Assembly (NCBI GenBank): GCA_030526515.1
Contig: JAUNCQ010000003.1
Location: 6,541-70,540 of the forward strand
Direction: 5' to 3'
Length of the DNA stretch: 64,000 nucleotides
From: Coriobacteriia bacterium
GTDB taxonomy: Bacteria; Actinomycetota; Coriobacteriia; Coriobacteriales; Eggerthellaceae
Shown here in pieces: positions 1 through 9,369 of the stretch (position 1 is its first letter; each line of letters starts with the position of its first letter). The notes under the pieces are model-generated. The model did not search any database. It saw nothing but the letters and a program-made list of their open reading frames with translations, and was not told the origin of the DNA. Made by a program: the position numbers and the translations under genes.

Positions 1-1
1 C

Positions 2-724
2 GGCCGCACCACCGGCCTGGCCCTGGACCCCATCGAAAAGAAGCCCTTCGCCCGCTTCATGCCCGGTACTTTCGTCCTGTCCACCGGCGGATACGGCTGC
101 AACATGAACTGCCCCTGGTGCCAAAACGACCACATCAGCACCGCCGGCCCCGCCGACGTCCGCTGGCGCTCCGTCACCCCCGACCAGCTGGTGGCCCAGG
201 CGCTGGACCTGCGCGACCGCGGCTGCGCAGGCCTGGCCTTCACCTTCAACGAGCCCCTGATCACCTGGGAATTCGTGCGCGATGCCGCCCTTCTAGCCCG
301 CCGCCACGACCTGATCACGACCCTGGTCAGCAACGGCATGGCCACCGATGCCGTCCTGGACGAGCTGCTGCCCGTCATCGACGCGGCCAACATCGACCTG
401 AAGACCTTCGACCCCGCCGCCTACCAGCGCGCCGGCGGCCACCTGCCCACGGTCATGAATACCATCCAGCGCATGGCCGCGCAGCCAGGCCTGCACCTGG
501 AAGTCACCTGGCTCGCCGTGCCGGGCGTATCTACGGACGAAAACCAGCTCCGACAGGCCACCGCCTGGCTGGTCGACCTGGACCCGAGCATCCCCCTGCA
601 CGTGACGCGCTTCTTCCCCTGCCACCGCATGAGGCACGTCCCGCCCACGGACCTGGGCCAGCTCTTCCACCTGGTCGACGTGGCCCGCGAGCACCTGACC
701 ACCGTCATCCCCGGCAACGTCTAG
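2..724 (+). CDS. AmmeMemoRadiSam-system-type radical SAM enzyme, 5' end outside window
   Basis: The frame is open from base 2 (GRTTGLALDPIEKKPFARFMPGT...). A DPIEKKP motif is followed by the GCNMNCPWCQN CxxxCxxC radical SAM cluster motif. Confidence 0.75.
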   Translation, partial: GRTTGLALDPIEKKPFARFMPGTFVLSTGGYGCNMNCPWCQNDHISTAGPADVRWRSVTPDQLVAQALDLRDRGCAGLAFTFNEPLITWEFVRDAALLARRHDLITTLVSNGMATDAVLDELLPVIDAANIDLKTFDPAAYQRAGGHLPTVMNTIQRMAAQPGLHLEVTWLAVPGVSTDENQLRQATAWLVDLDPSIPLHVTRFFPCHRMRHVPPTDLGQLFHLVDVAREHLTTVIPGNV

Positions 725-780
725 TCCCACAGCCTGCGCCAGCCCCACGGCCCAACCCCGCCGCCCGCAGCGGCCCGCGC

Positions 781-987
781 CGCAAAACTGACGACCCTTC
801 TACAACGGCCGCACGTTTTCGCCCAGGACCTCCCCTACCACGCAAAAATCGACGGCCCTTCTACAACGGCCGACCCCAAATCCCGAAAATCACGATTTTC
901 CTCACGGCTGTTCTACAAGGGACGAAAGAAACGTCGGCGCATCCCGCCCCGCACCACAAAGTTGACGCCCCTTGTACAAGGGACGCC
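781..987. repeat. Four ~60-bp-spaced copies of a TGACG-N-CCC-TT(C/G)TACAA(C/G)GG motif
   Basis: Copies at 784-811, 844-872, 906-924 and 958-987. The last contains the perfect 14-bp palindrome CCCTTGTACAAGGG (969-982). The array lies between two convergent 3' ends. Confidence 0.8.
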
Positions 988-1051
988 AACTTTGCAGCAG
1001 CCCGCCGACCCGCGCCGCGCCCCGCGTCCACTCCCGCGACCCACTCCCACC

Positions 1052-1095
1052 CCAAAACAAAACGAGCCCCGGGACGCAATCGCATCCCAGGGCTC
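1052..1095 (-). terminator. Rho-independent terminator after the ArsS-like gene
   Basis: On the minus strand, GAGCCCUGGGAUGCGAUUGCGUCCCGGGGCUC forms a hairpin followed by UUUUGUUUUGG. Confidence 0.7.
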
Positions 1096-1105
1096 GCGCG
1101 TCGTT

Positions 1106-1135
1106 CGCGTAGACCTACGCGGTAGAACCGCCTCA
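1106..1135 (-). promoter_or_regulatory. In-frame UGA (1133-1135) plus candidate SECIS hairpin
   Basis: The mRNA reads UGA GGC GGU UCU AC then CGCGUA-GGUC-UACGCG (1106-1121). This is a 6-bp stem with a GGUC loop starting 11 nt after UGA. The real UAG stop lies inside the hairpin. Confidence 0.6.
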
Positions 1136-2140
1136 AGAACTGCCGGCGCCGGCCGTGCACGCGTAGCAATGCGTGCCGAACACGATGCGCCGGCGCAGGG
1201 GCTCGGCCGGATCAAGCAGGTCGCCGATCATGCGGCCATCGGCGCAGGGCATGCCCGTGGCCTGGTTGAAGTCGCAGTCGTACAGGTGGCCATCGGGTGC
1301 CACGGAAAACTCCATGCGACACATCATCGACGGCACCGTTTCCGGGTTGAACGCCCCGATCAGCTTGTTCACGTAGGCATCCAGCTTGCCAGCGCGCATG
1401 AGCGCCTGGGCAAAGCGGCCGCCGGGGTTGTTGGTGAACACGAACAGGTTGTTGAACCGCACGTCGAAGTCCGCCGCCAGCCGGCGCTTGTACTCGGCCT
1501 CCATGGTGACCTGGTCCGGCGGCATGTTGGTGCCCGACGGGTTGAAAACCAGGTCCAGAACCAGCTCCTGACCTGCGGCGTTGGCGCCTTCCGCCCCGCG
1601 ACCGTAGCCCAACTCGTTCAAACGCTGCAGCCCGCGGATGATCGGCATGAACGTGCCCGCACCGCGCTGCTTTTCCGCGTTGCGCTCACGATAATGCGGC
1701 AGCGACGCCACCACGTTCACTCCCAGCTCCGCGAACAGCGCCGGATAATGCTCGTACCCCGGCTCCTCGTGGATCACCAGGTTCGACCGCACGATCATGG
1801 GAATGCCCCGACGCCCGGCCTCGCGGATGAACCACTCGAAGTCCGGGTTCATCTCCGGCGCGCCGCCGGTAATGTCCAGCGTCTTGAACCCGCGCTGCTC
1901 GAACACGTCCAGGCACTGCTCCAGATGCTCGCGGCTCATGTGCTCGTCCCGCTTGGGGCTGCAATCCAGATGGCAATGCTTGCACACGATGTTGCACTGC
2001 CGCGTGATGTTCACCTGCAGCACGTCCAGAGCATCCAGGCTCCACCTATATTCCTCTTCCACCTTTTCGCAGAACGGCGGAAACGCGCGCATAGCCGCCG
2101 CCAGCTCGGCGTCGGCCGCAACGCTCTTCAGTTCGGGCAT
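1115..2140 (-). CDS. ArsS-like radical SAM/Cys-rich (seleno)protein, Sec encoded by UGA at 1133-1135
   Basis: Radical SAM motif NITRQCNIVCKHCH is present. The ORF track stops at ...HCYACTAGAGSS, but readthrough gives SS-U-GGSTA-stop, where U stands for Sec. This matches the Cys/Sec-containing C-terminal motif of the ArsS family. RBS GAAGGGG lies upstream of the ATG at 2140. Confidence 0.8.
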
Positions 2141-2217
2141 AGCAGAATTCCCCTTCTGAGCACGTCAAAAGGCGGCCGGCCGCGCAGACGACCGACCGCC
2201 ACCACTATCAAATGAGC

Positions 2218-2556
2218 CTACAGCTCGTTTTCCTCGATGATGTTCATGGCCTGCACGCCATGGACCAGAGATGCGCCGCCGCGGATGGCGTTGGCAACAT
2301 GGATGGCCTCGATGATCTCAGCCTCGTCGCAGCCCTTCTCCAGCAGGCCGGTGGTGTAGGCGTCAATGCAGTACGGGCACTGCACGGCGGCAGCCACGGC
2401 CACGGCAATCAGGGACTTCTCGCGGGCGGTCAGCGCACCGTCCTGGAACACGGCGCCGTAGTAGTTCATGTACTTGTCCCACAGCTCGGGAGATGCGGAA
2501 CCCACGCCGTCAGCGCTGAACTTGCCCAGGTCGGCCGGATTGTAGTAAGTATCCAT
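2218..2556 (-). CDS. AhpD/carboxymuconolactone-decarboxylase-fold peroxidase-like protein (ArsS-associated type)
   Basis: MDTYYNPADLGKF...AVQCPYCIDAYT carries the CxxC motif of the CMD/AhpD fold. RBS AAAGGA precedes the ATG at 2556. The gene lies immediately upstream of the ArsS-like gene on the same strand. Confidence 0.75.
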   Translation of the reverse strand: MDTYYNPADLGKFSADGVGSASPELWDKYMNYYGAVFQDGALTAREKSLIAVAVAAAVQCPYCIDAYTTGLLEKGCDEAEIIEAIHVANAIRGGASLVHGVQAMNIIEENEL

Positions 2557-2718
2557 GTCGCGTCCTTTCGGAATCGGAATTTCTCCGCCCCATGGTACCA
2601 CTAGTAGATGCTATCCACTACCCCTGACCCGCCCTTCACAGGAACCCCTCAACAAAATCAGAACGAAAATCAAGCCCGAGAACACCCCCGCACGCACCAG
2701 CACCGCCATCGCCAGCGC

Positions 2719-2778
2719 CAACAAAAACGGGACGAAAGAAAGCCCCGGCTCCCCCGAGCCGCAGCTCCCTTTCGTCCC
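2719..2778 (-). terminator. Rho-independent terminator after fprA-like gene
   Basis: On the minus strand, GGGACGAAAGGGAGCUGCGGCUC-GGGG-GAGCCGGGGCUUUCUUUCGUCCC is followed by GUUUUUGUUG. Confidence 0.7.
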
Positions 2779-2812
2779 GTGAATCAGACGGTGCGGTAGC
2801 GAAAAGCGCCCG

Positions 2813-3991
2813 CTAGGCCAGCATCTCCGCAGCCAGGGCGTCCATCTGGGCGGCAGCGTCGTCGCCGGCCTTGCCCTTGACGGTCACTACAGCCTCGGCG
2901 ATGGTCAGGTCCTTGCACTCCTCCAGCTTGGCGCGCATGCCCTTGGCGGCGGTAGGTGCCCAGGAGCCGTTCTCCACCAGGCCCACCAGCTTGTTCTGGT
3001 AGTTGTGCTCCACCAGGTGCTCGATGAACGTGCTCATGGTCGGGAACACGCCGCCGTTGTAGGTGGTGGTGGCCAGGACGATCTTGCCGTAGCGGAAGGC
3101 GTCCTCCACGCACTCGGCCATGTCCTCGCGCGCCAGGTCGCTCACCACGACCTTGGGGCAGCCCGCGGCCTCGAACTTGGCGGCCAGCTGCTCCACGGCC
3201 TCCTTGGTGTGGCCGTAGACGCTGGTGTACGCAATGAACACGCCCTCGGTTTCCACGCCGTAGCTGGACCAGATGTTGTACAGGTTCAGGTAGAAGCCCA
3301 GGTCAGACTCGGTCTGGGCAAAGTACTCGTCGCAGAGCACGGGGCCGTGCAGCGGGCAGATGGCGGCCACGTCCAGCTTGCCGACCTTCTTCAGGAGCGC
3401 CTGGACCTGCTTGCCGAACTTGCCCACGATGCCGAAGTAGTAGCGGCGTGCCTCGCAGGCCCAGTCCTCCTCCACGTCCAGGGCGCCGAACTTGCCGAAG
3501 GCGTCGGCGCTGAACAGGACCTTGGCTGCGGCGTCGTAGCTCATCATGACTTCCGGCCAGTGGACCATGGGGGCGGCCACGAAAGTCAGCTCATGGGCGC
3601 CCAGGCTCAGGGTCGCACCCTCCTTCACCACCAGCTGACGGTCGGCGTAGTCGGTGCCGAAGTACAGCTGCATCATGGCGAAGGCCTTGGCGGATGCCAC
3701 CACCGTGGCGGTCGGATAGGCCTCCATGAACGCCTGGATGCTGCCGGAGTGGTCGGGCTCCATGTGGTGCACGACCAGGTAGTCAGGGGTGCGGCCGTCG
3801 ACGGCGGCGGCCACGTTGTCCAGCCACTGCTGGGTGAAGCGGGCGTCCACGCTGTCCATGACGGCAATCTTTTCGTCCAGGATCACGTAGGAGTTGTAGG
3901 CCATGCCGTTGGGGACGTCGTACAGACCCTCGAACAGGTCGATTTCATGGTCGTTCACGCCAACGTAGGCAATGCCCTGCGCAATGTTCAT
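2813..3991 (-). CDS. FprA-family A-type flavodiiron protein (MBL-like plus flavodoxin domains)
   Basis: N-terminus YVGVNDHEIDLFEG...NSYVI, the HHMEPDHSG metal motif, and a C-terminal flavodoxin-like domain. 392 aa. Confidence 0.8.
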   Translation of the reverse strand: MNIAQGIAYVGVNDHEIDLFEGLYDVPNGMAYNSYVILDEKIAVMDSVDARFTQQWLDNVAAAVDGRTPDYLVVHHMEPDHSGSIQAFMEAYPTATVVASAKAFAMMQLYFGTDYADRQLVVKEGATLSLGAHELTFVAAPMVHWPEVMMSYDAAAKVLFSADAFGKFGALDVEEDWACEARRYYFGIVGKFGKQVQALLKKVGKLDVAAICPLHGPVLCDEYFAQTESDLGFYLNLYNIWSSYGVETEGVFIAYTSVYGHTKEAVEQLAAKFEAAGCPKVVVSDLAREDMAECVEDAFRYGKIVLATTTYNGGVFPTMSTFIEHLVEHNYQNKLVGLVENGSWAPTAAKGMRAKLEECKDLTIAEAVVTVKGKAGDDAAAQMDALAAEMLA

Positions 3992-4098
3992 GGATTCCTC
4001 CTTGGTAATGCTTCAATAACCAAACCATTTTAACGCGCTCCAGCGGCGCATCGTCCGCGAACATATGCGGTCGGTGGATTGTAACCCAATCGAGACAA

Positions 4099-5967
4099 TC
4101 ACACCTCGTACTTCGCAATGGCGTCCAGGAACGCCTGGCCGTAGCGGTCGGCCTTCACCTGGCCCACGCCGGACACCTCCAGGAAGTCCTCCATGGTCTT
4201 GGGCCGCTTGCGGCACATGTCGTGCAGAGAGTGATTGGAGAACACCACGTACGACGGCACGTTCTGCTCGCTAGCCAGCTCCCAGCGCAGTTCCTTCAAG
4301 CGGGCGAAAAGCCCGGCGTCCAGCCCTGTTTCGTCCCCTTGCTCCGACGCGGCAGCAGCGGCACGCTTGCGTTCCGCGGCGCGCTCCTGGCGGGACTGCT
4401 CCTTGGGCATGCGCACCCGCAGGCTCTGCTTGTTCCGCAGGAACTCGCCGGACGCGGCGCAGAACCGCACCACCGGGTAGTCGCCCTCGGTCAGCTCCAG
4501 CACGCCCTCCTCGATCAGGCGCTCCAGCACGAAGCGGATGTGCTTCTTGCTAGCGTCGGCCATGATGCCGTAGGTGGACAGGGTGTCGAAGCCGTTGGAT
4601 TCGATGGCCTGGGTCTTCGCGCCGTGGAGGATGTCGATCACCGCAGTCTTGCCCATGGTCCGCCCGCGCTCCTGGAGCCGGTACACGCAGCTGATGACCT
4701 TCTGGGCGTCCACCGTCACGTCGCGGACCTCGAACTCCGTGGAGCAGTTGCTGCAGTTGTTGCAGTTCAGGGGCGCCTTTTCGCCGAAGTAGCGCAGGAT
4801 GAACCCCCGCAGGCAGTCGGTGGTGGTGCTGTAGAACGTCATCTGGCGCAAGTGCTCGCGGGCGCGGTCCGCCAGCAATTTGCGGGTGGGGCCGTCTATC
4901 TGGGCGTTTTCCTGGTAGCCGGCGTTGATCAGGAACTCGCAGGTATGCACGTCCCGGGGCGAATAGAGCAGCAGGCACACGGCCTCTTCGCCGTCGCGCC
5001 CAGCGCGGCCGGCCTCCTGGTAGTAGCTTTCCAGGTCAAGGGGCATGTTGTAGTGGACCACGTACGCCACGTTGGACTTGTTGATGCCCATGCCGAAGGC
5101 GTTGGTGGCCACCATGACCGTCTTGCGGTCGTACAGGAAATCGTCCTGGTTGCGCTGGCGCTCCTCCGCGGAAAGGCCCGCGTGGTAGCGGGTGGCCGCC
5201 AGGCCGTTGTCCTGCAGGTACTCGCAGACCTCCTCCACGCCCTTGCGCGACGTGCAGTACACGATGCCGCAGGACTCCTTGCGAGCGCGGCAGAACACCA
5301 GCAGCGTGGCCTTGCGCGACTTGGGCCGCCGCACCTCGAACCGCAGGTTGGGCCGGTCGAAGGTGCTGACCACGGTGTGCGGCCGCTCCAGGCTCAGGCA
5401 GATGCGTATGTCGTCCCGCACCTCGGCCGTGGCCGTGGCCGTGAACGCCGCCACCGGCACCCGCCGTGGCAGCGCGTCAATGAAGTCGATGATCTGAGTG
5501 TAGCTGGGGCGGAAGTCCTGCCCCCACTGGGAAATGCAGTGGGCTTCGTCAATGGCCACCATGCTGGGACAGTGGTCACGGCACAGCTGGACGAAGCTTT
5601 CCATGAGCAGCCGCTCGGGCGCCACGTACAGGAGCTTGTACGCGCCTTCGGCCGCCCGGGCCATGACCGCCCCCTGCTGTGCAGGCGAAAGGGAGCTGTT
5701 CAGGTACGCCGCCGGCACGCCCATCTGGCTCAGGGCGTTGACCTGGTCCTTCATCAGGGAGATCAGGGGCGATACCACCACCGCCATACCCGGCATCATC
5801 AGCGCCGGCACCTGGTAGCACACGGACTTGCCGGCGCCCGTGGGCATGACCGCCAGCACGTCGCGCCCCTGCAGGATGGCGTTGACGATGCCCTCCTGGT
5901 TGGCGCGAAACCCCGGGTAGCCGAAGTAGCGCTTCAGCACGTCCTGCGGCGTGGTCTGGTGCTCCAT
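4099..5967 (-). CDS. recQ: ATP-dependent DNA helicase RecQ
   Basis: FGYPGFRANQ, PTGAGKS and the DEAH-box (IDEAHCISQWGHDF-like) motifs, plus a zinc-finger region, winged-helix and C-terminal HRDC domain. RBS AAAGGAGGAG precedes the ATG at 5967. Confidence 0.9.
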   Translation of the reverse strand: MEHQTTPQDVLKRYFGYPGFRANQEGIVNAILQGRDVLAVMPTGAGKSVCYQVPALMMPGMAVVVSPLISLMKDQVNALSQMGVPAAYLNSSLSPAQQGAVMARAAEGAYKLLYVAPERLLMESFVQLCRDHCPSMVAIDEAHCISQWGQDFRPSYTQIIDFIDALPRRVPVAAFTATATAEVRDDIRICLSLERPHTVVSTFDRPNLRFEVRRPKSRKATLLVFCRARKESCGIVYCTSRKGVEEVCEYLQDNGLAATRYHAGLSAEERQRNQDDFLYDRKTVMVATNAFGMGINKSNVAYVVHYNMPLDLESYYQEAGRAGRDGEEAVCLLLYSPRDVHTCEFLINAGYQENAQIDGPTRKLLADRAREHLRQMTFYSTTTDCLRGFILRYFGEKAPLNCNNCSNCSTEFEVRDVTVDAQKVISCVYRLQERGRTMGKTAVIDILHGAKTQAIESNGFDTLSTYGIMADASKKHIRFVLERLIEEGVLELTEGDYPVVRFCAASGEFLRNKQSLRVRMPKEQSRQERAAERKRAAAAASEQGDETGLDAGLFARLKELRWELASEQNVPSYVVFSNHSLHDMCRKRPKTMEDFLEVSGVGQVKADRYGQAFLDAIAKYEV

Positions 5968-6007
5968 AGCTCCTCCTTTCATCGGGACGAAACTTTCGCC
6001 CTCCCCA

Positions 6008-6047
6008 GAATATAAGAAACCCGCCCATGCGTGCCATGGACGGGTTT
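6008..6047 (-). terminator. Terminator after rpsI
   Basis: On the minus strand, the hairpin AAACCCGUCCAUGGCACGCAUGGGCGGGUUU is followed by CUUAUAUU. Confidence 0.6.
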
Positions 6048-6090
6048 CGATGCAGCGAGTGAAATCGCCTGCGAGTAACCTCGCGTAAGA

Positions 6091-6483
6091 CTAGCGCTTG
6101 CTGAACTGCGGGCGCTTACGAGCCTTCTTCAGGCCGTACTTCTTGCGCTCGACCATACGAGCGTCACGAGTCAGGTAGCCAGCCTTCTTCAGCTCGGCAC
6201 GGTAGTCGCCGGCCTCCAGCAGAGCGCGGGAGATGCCGTGGCGCAGAGCGCCGGACTGACCGGAGATGCCGCCGCCGTTCAGGCGAGCGATGACGTCGAA
6301 GTGGCCCTCGGTGTCGGTGACCTTGAACGGGGTCAGTGCGTACTCAACCAGAGCATCGCGACCGAAGTACTCGCGAGCGTCGCGACCGTTGACGGTCATC
6401 TTGCCGGTACCCGGGATCAGACGAACGCGGGCAACAGCGTTCTTGCGGCGACCAGTGCCGTAGTACTTAGCTTCTTCTGCCAT
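6091..6483 (-). CDS. rpsI: 30S ribosomal protein S9
   Basis: YYGTGRRK...[19 protein letters not shown]...[18 protein letters not shown]. Confidence 0.95.
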   Translation of the reverse strand: MAEEAKYYGTGRRKNAVARVRLIPGTGKMTVNGRDAREYFGRDALVEYALTPFKVTDTEGHFDVIARLNGGGISGQSGALRHGISRALLEAGDYRAELKKAGYLTRDARMVERKKYGLKKARKRPQFSKR

Positions 6484-6486
6484 GGT

Positions 6487-6921
6487 TTACTCCTCCACCT
6501 TGATCTCGCGCGGCTTCTGTGCGGCATGCGGATGCTCGGGGCCCGCATACACCTTCAGCTTCAGGCCCTGCTTGCGGCCCAGCGTGTTCTTCGGCAGCAT
6601 GCCCTTGACGGCGTGCTCGATAACGCGGGTCGGATGCTTCTCCATGGCCTCCTGGAAGGTTTCGCACTTCAGGCCACCCGGATAACCAGTGTGACGGTAG
6701 TATTCCTTGTCGGTGAACTTCTTACCGGTCACCTTGATCTTGTCGGCGTTGATGATGATGACGAAGTCACCGGTATCAACATGCGGGGTGTACTGCGGCT
6801 TATGCTTACCCTTAAGGATGTGAGCAGCCTTGGCAGCAACGCGGCCCAGGACCTGGTCGGTAGCGTCGATCAGGACCCATTCGCGCTCAACCTCATTGGG
6901 CTTTGCGTAATAAGTCTTCAC
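6487..6921 (-). CDS. rplM: 50S ribosomal protein L13
   Basis: [19 protein letters not shown]... matches the L13 N-terminus. GGAGGA lies 6 nt upstream of the GTG at 6921, which gives a canonical-length protein. The track ORF extends to an ATG at 6951. Confidence 0.9.
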   Translation of the reverse strand: MKTYYAKPNEVEREWVLIDATDQVLGRVAAKAAHILKGKHKPQYTPHVDTGDFVIIINADKIKVTGKKFTDKEYYRHTGYPGGLKCETFQEAMEKHPTRVIEHAVKGMLPKNTLGRKQGLKLKVYAGPEHPHAAQKPREIKVEE

Positions 6922-7116
6922 TTCTGTTCCTCCACTGTCTTTTTTCGCCATGTAGCCGAGTTGTCTACACGGCTTCTGTTTGCTTTCAAAAGTGCAGGCT
7001 CGAGCAAGGTATTGGGTTCCTACGCCAACATACGCGGCGGTGTGGGTCTGGACCTCCCTCTTGCTGCGCTTATGCTCTTACTGCAGTGCACGGGGCTTTT
7101 GCAAGCAAGCTTTTGA

Positions 7117-7146
7117 ATTATACGTGCGAAAAAGCTCCCGCGTCAA
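7117..7146 (-). promoter_or_regulatory. Candidate sigma-70-type promoter for rplM-rpsI
   Basis: On the minus strand, TTGACG (7146-7141), an 18-nt spacer and TATAAT (7122-7117). This implies a leader of about 190 nt. Confidence 0.5.
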
Positions 7147-7339
7147 TGCAAAACCACAGCATATTGGGGAAGTTGTGGTGCGTATCCACAACTTGCGCAC
7201 AATTCGCCGTGGCTGCAGGGGCAAGCGGGCGCGGCGGCGCTTTTACGCCGGATGCCGAGCCCCCAGGCGCGGCGGCCCTTTGGCCCCGGCTGCCAGGGTC
7301 GACGGGCGCAGCGGCGCCTTCGCCCCTCCCCTGCCGGGC

Positions 7340-7540
7340 CTAGTCCCAGGGGCTGGCCTCGAACAGCGGGGGCTCCTCGCGACGATCCGAGTAGGGATCG
7401 TAGCCGTCGTCGTCTTCGTTGGCGGGGCGCAGGTAGGGGTCGTCGTGACGGGGCGCGGCGGCTTTTTCGCCCTTATGCTCCTGAGCCGACGGCAGCGGCG
7501 TGGTCACCACCGTCGGCTCGGCCTTGCGGACTTGGAACAC
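7340..7540 (-). CDS. Small acidic hypothetical protein
   Basis: A GTG start lies 2 nt after the stop of the upstream ATPase gene, and GC3 is high. There is no recognisable domain. Confidence 0.45.
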   Translation of the reverse strand: MFQVRKAEPTVVTTPLPSAQEHKGEKAAAPRHDDPYLRPANEDDDGYDPYSDRREEPPLFEASPWD

Positions 7541-7542
7541 GG

Positions 7543-9126
7543 CTACCTCTTCAGGGAGCCGAACAGGCCGCGAATCAGCTGGCGGCCGACCTCGCGACCC
7601 ACCTGGCCCACCACGGAGTTGACGGTCTTGCTCATCTGGTCGGCGCGCTTCTGGCGAGCCTTTTCCTCGGCGATGGCCTGGCGCTCGGCCTCCTTGGCGG
7701 CACGGGCCTCCTCGCGCTCCTTTTCCTTGGCGGCGCGGGCGGCTTCCTTTTCGGCCTCCTTGGCGGCCTTTGCCTCAGCCTCGGCCTGCTCCTTGGCAGC
7801 CTTGGCCTCCTCTTCGGCCTTGGCCTTGGCGGCGGCTTCCTCCTCCGCCTTGCCGGACAGGACCTCGAAGGCGCTTTCGTTGTCCACGGCGGTGCCGTAC
7901 TTGTTGTACAGGTCCATCTCGTCGACGCGGACCAGGTCCACGTAGCGAGACTCCGGCGCGGCCATCAGGCACTGGGGCGGCAGGACCTTGGCGTTTTCCA
8001 CGATGGTCGGGCGACCGTTTTCGTCCAGGAAGCTGATGAGCGCTTCGCCCGTGCCCAGCTCCATGATCACGTCTTCGGACTTGAAGGCGGGGTTTTCACG
8101 GAAGCTCTGGGCAGCCACCTTGACGGCCTTCTGCTCGGCCGGGGTGTAGGCGCGCAGGCCATGCTGGACGCGGTTGCTGAGCTGGGCCAGGACCGGGTTG
8201 GGGATGTCGCTGGGGCTCTGAGTGATGAAGTACACGCCCACGCCCTTGGAGCGGATGAGCTTCACAACCTGGACGATCTTGTCCAGCAGCTCGTTGGGCA
8301 TGCCGTTGAACAGCAGGTGGGCTTCGTCGAAGAAGAACACGAACTTGGGCTTGTCCAGATCGCCCACCTCGGGCAGGGTCTCGAACAGGGTGCTGAGCAT
8401 CCACAGCAGGAACATGGAGTAGATCAGCGGGCTGTTGATGAGCTTGGCGGCGTCCAGGATGTTCACGTAGCCGCGGCCTTCGTCGTTGCAGGCGAACCAG
8501 TCGTTCAGGTCGAGGTTGGGCTCGCCGAAGAAGACGTCGCCGCCCTGGTCTTCCAGGGAGATCAGGGAGCGCAGGATTGCGCCCACGGACTGGCTGCTGA
8601 CGCGGCCGTAGGTGGTTTCGATTTCCTTGGAGTGGTCGGCCACGTAGTTGAGCATGGCGCGCAGGTCCTTCAGGTCGATGAGCAGCAGGCCCTGCTCGTC
8701 AGCCACGCGGAACACGATGTCCAGCACGCCCTGCTGCACGTCGGTCAGCTGCAGCAGGCGGGCCAGCAGCGTGGGGCCCATGTCGGAGATGGTCACGCGC
8801 ACGGGGATGCCGTCGCCCTCCAGCATGTTCCAAAAGCGGCAGGGCACGCCTTCGTAGCTCCAGCCCTCGATGCCGAACTTCTGGATGCGGGCCTGCATCT
8901 TTTCGCTGTCGGCGCCGGGCTGGCACATGCCGCGCACGTCGCCCTTCACGTCGGCCATGAACACGGGAACGCCGGCCTTGCTGAAGCCTTCGGCGATGAC
9001 CTTCAGCGTGACGGTCTTGCCGGTGCCGGATGCGCCGGCGATCAGGCCGTGGCGGTTAGCCTGGTTCAGCAGCAGATAGCAGGGGTTTTCGCCCTGCCCA
9101 ACCCAAATCTTGTCTTCGAGCAGCAT
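7543..9126 (-). CDS. DUF853-family (YjgR/HerA-FtsK-like) P-loop ATPase
   Basis: MLLEDKIWVGQG...GASGTGKT Walker A, FFFDEAHLLF Walker B, and a Lys/Glu/Ala-rich coiled C-terminus. RBS GGGAAAGGA precedes the ATG at 9126. The track ORF extends upstream into repeat DNA. Confidence 0.8.
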   Translation of the reverse strand: MLLEDKIWVGQGENPCYLLLNQANRHGLIAGASGTGKTVTLKVIAEGFSKAGVPVFMADVKGDVRGMCQPGADSEKMQARIQKFGIEGWSYEGVPCRFWNMLEGDGIPVRVTISDMGPTLLARLLQLTDVQQGVLDIVFRVADEQGLLLIDLKDLRAMLNYVADHSKEIETTYGRVSSQSVGAILRSLISLEDQGGDVFFGEPNLDLNDWFACNDEGRGYVNILDAAKLINSPLIYSMFLLWMLSTLFETLPEVGDLDKPKFVFFFDEAHLLFNGMPNELLDKIVQVVKLIRSKGVGVYFITQSPSDIPNPVLAQLSNRVQHGLRAYTPAEQKAVKVAAQSFRENPAFKSEDVIMELGTGEALISFLDENGRPTIVENAKVLPPQCLMAAPESRYVDLVRVDEMDLYNKYGTAVDNESAFEVLSGKAEEEAAAKAKAEEEAKAAKEQAEAEAKAAKEAEKEAARAAKEKEREEARAAKEAERQAIAEEKARQKRADQMSKTVNSVVGQVGREVGRQLIRGLFGSLKR

Positions 9127-9369
9127 GTGGGGTCCTTTCCCGTCGGGTGCATGCGCGCATTTGGATTCAGTATACCGCGGGCGTGCCGTCGCACGGGCGG
9201 CGCTTGGCGGTTTACCAGCGGGTTTGCAGGGTTGGGCGCCGGGCACCCACGCGCGCCTGGCGCTGCTCCGGCCCGCTGCCGCGCTAGGCCCGGCACGGCG
9301 CGGCAGTGGGCCCGGCACGGCGTGTGGCCAGCGCGCCCCAGCCGTCTCTGACCCTAAGCGGGCGGCGTC

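Noticed and set aside
118-1125. A 335-aa Pro/Arg-rich ORF spanning the first gene and the 725-1114 spacer.
   Set aside because: It is out of frame with the real radical SAM gene, its composition is non-protein-like, and its downstream half is built from the spacer repeats.
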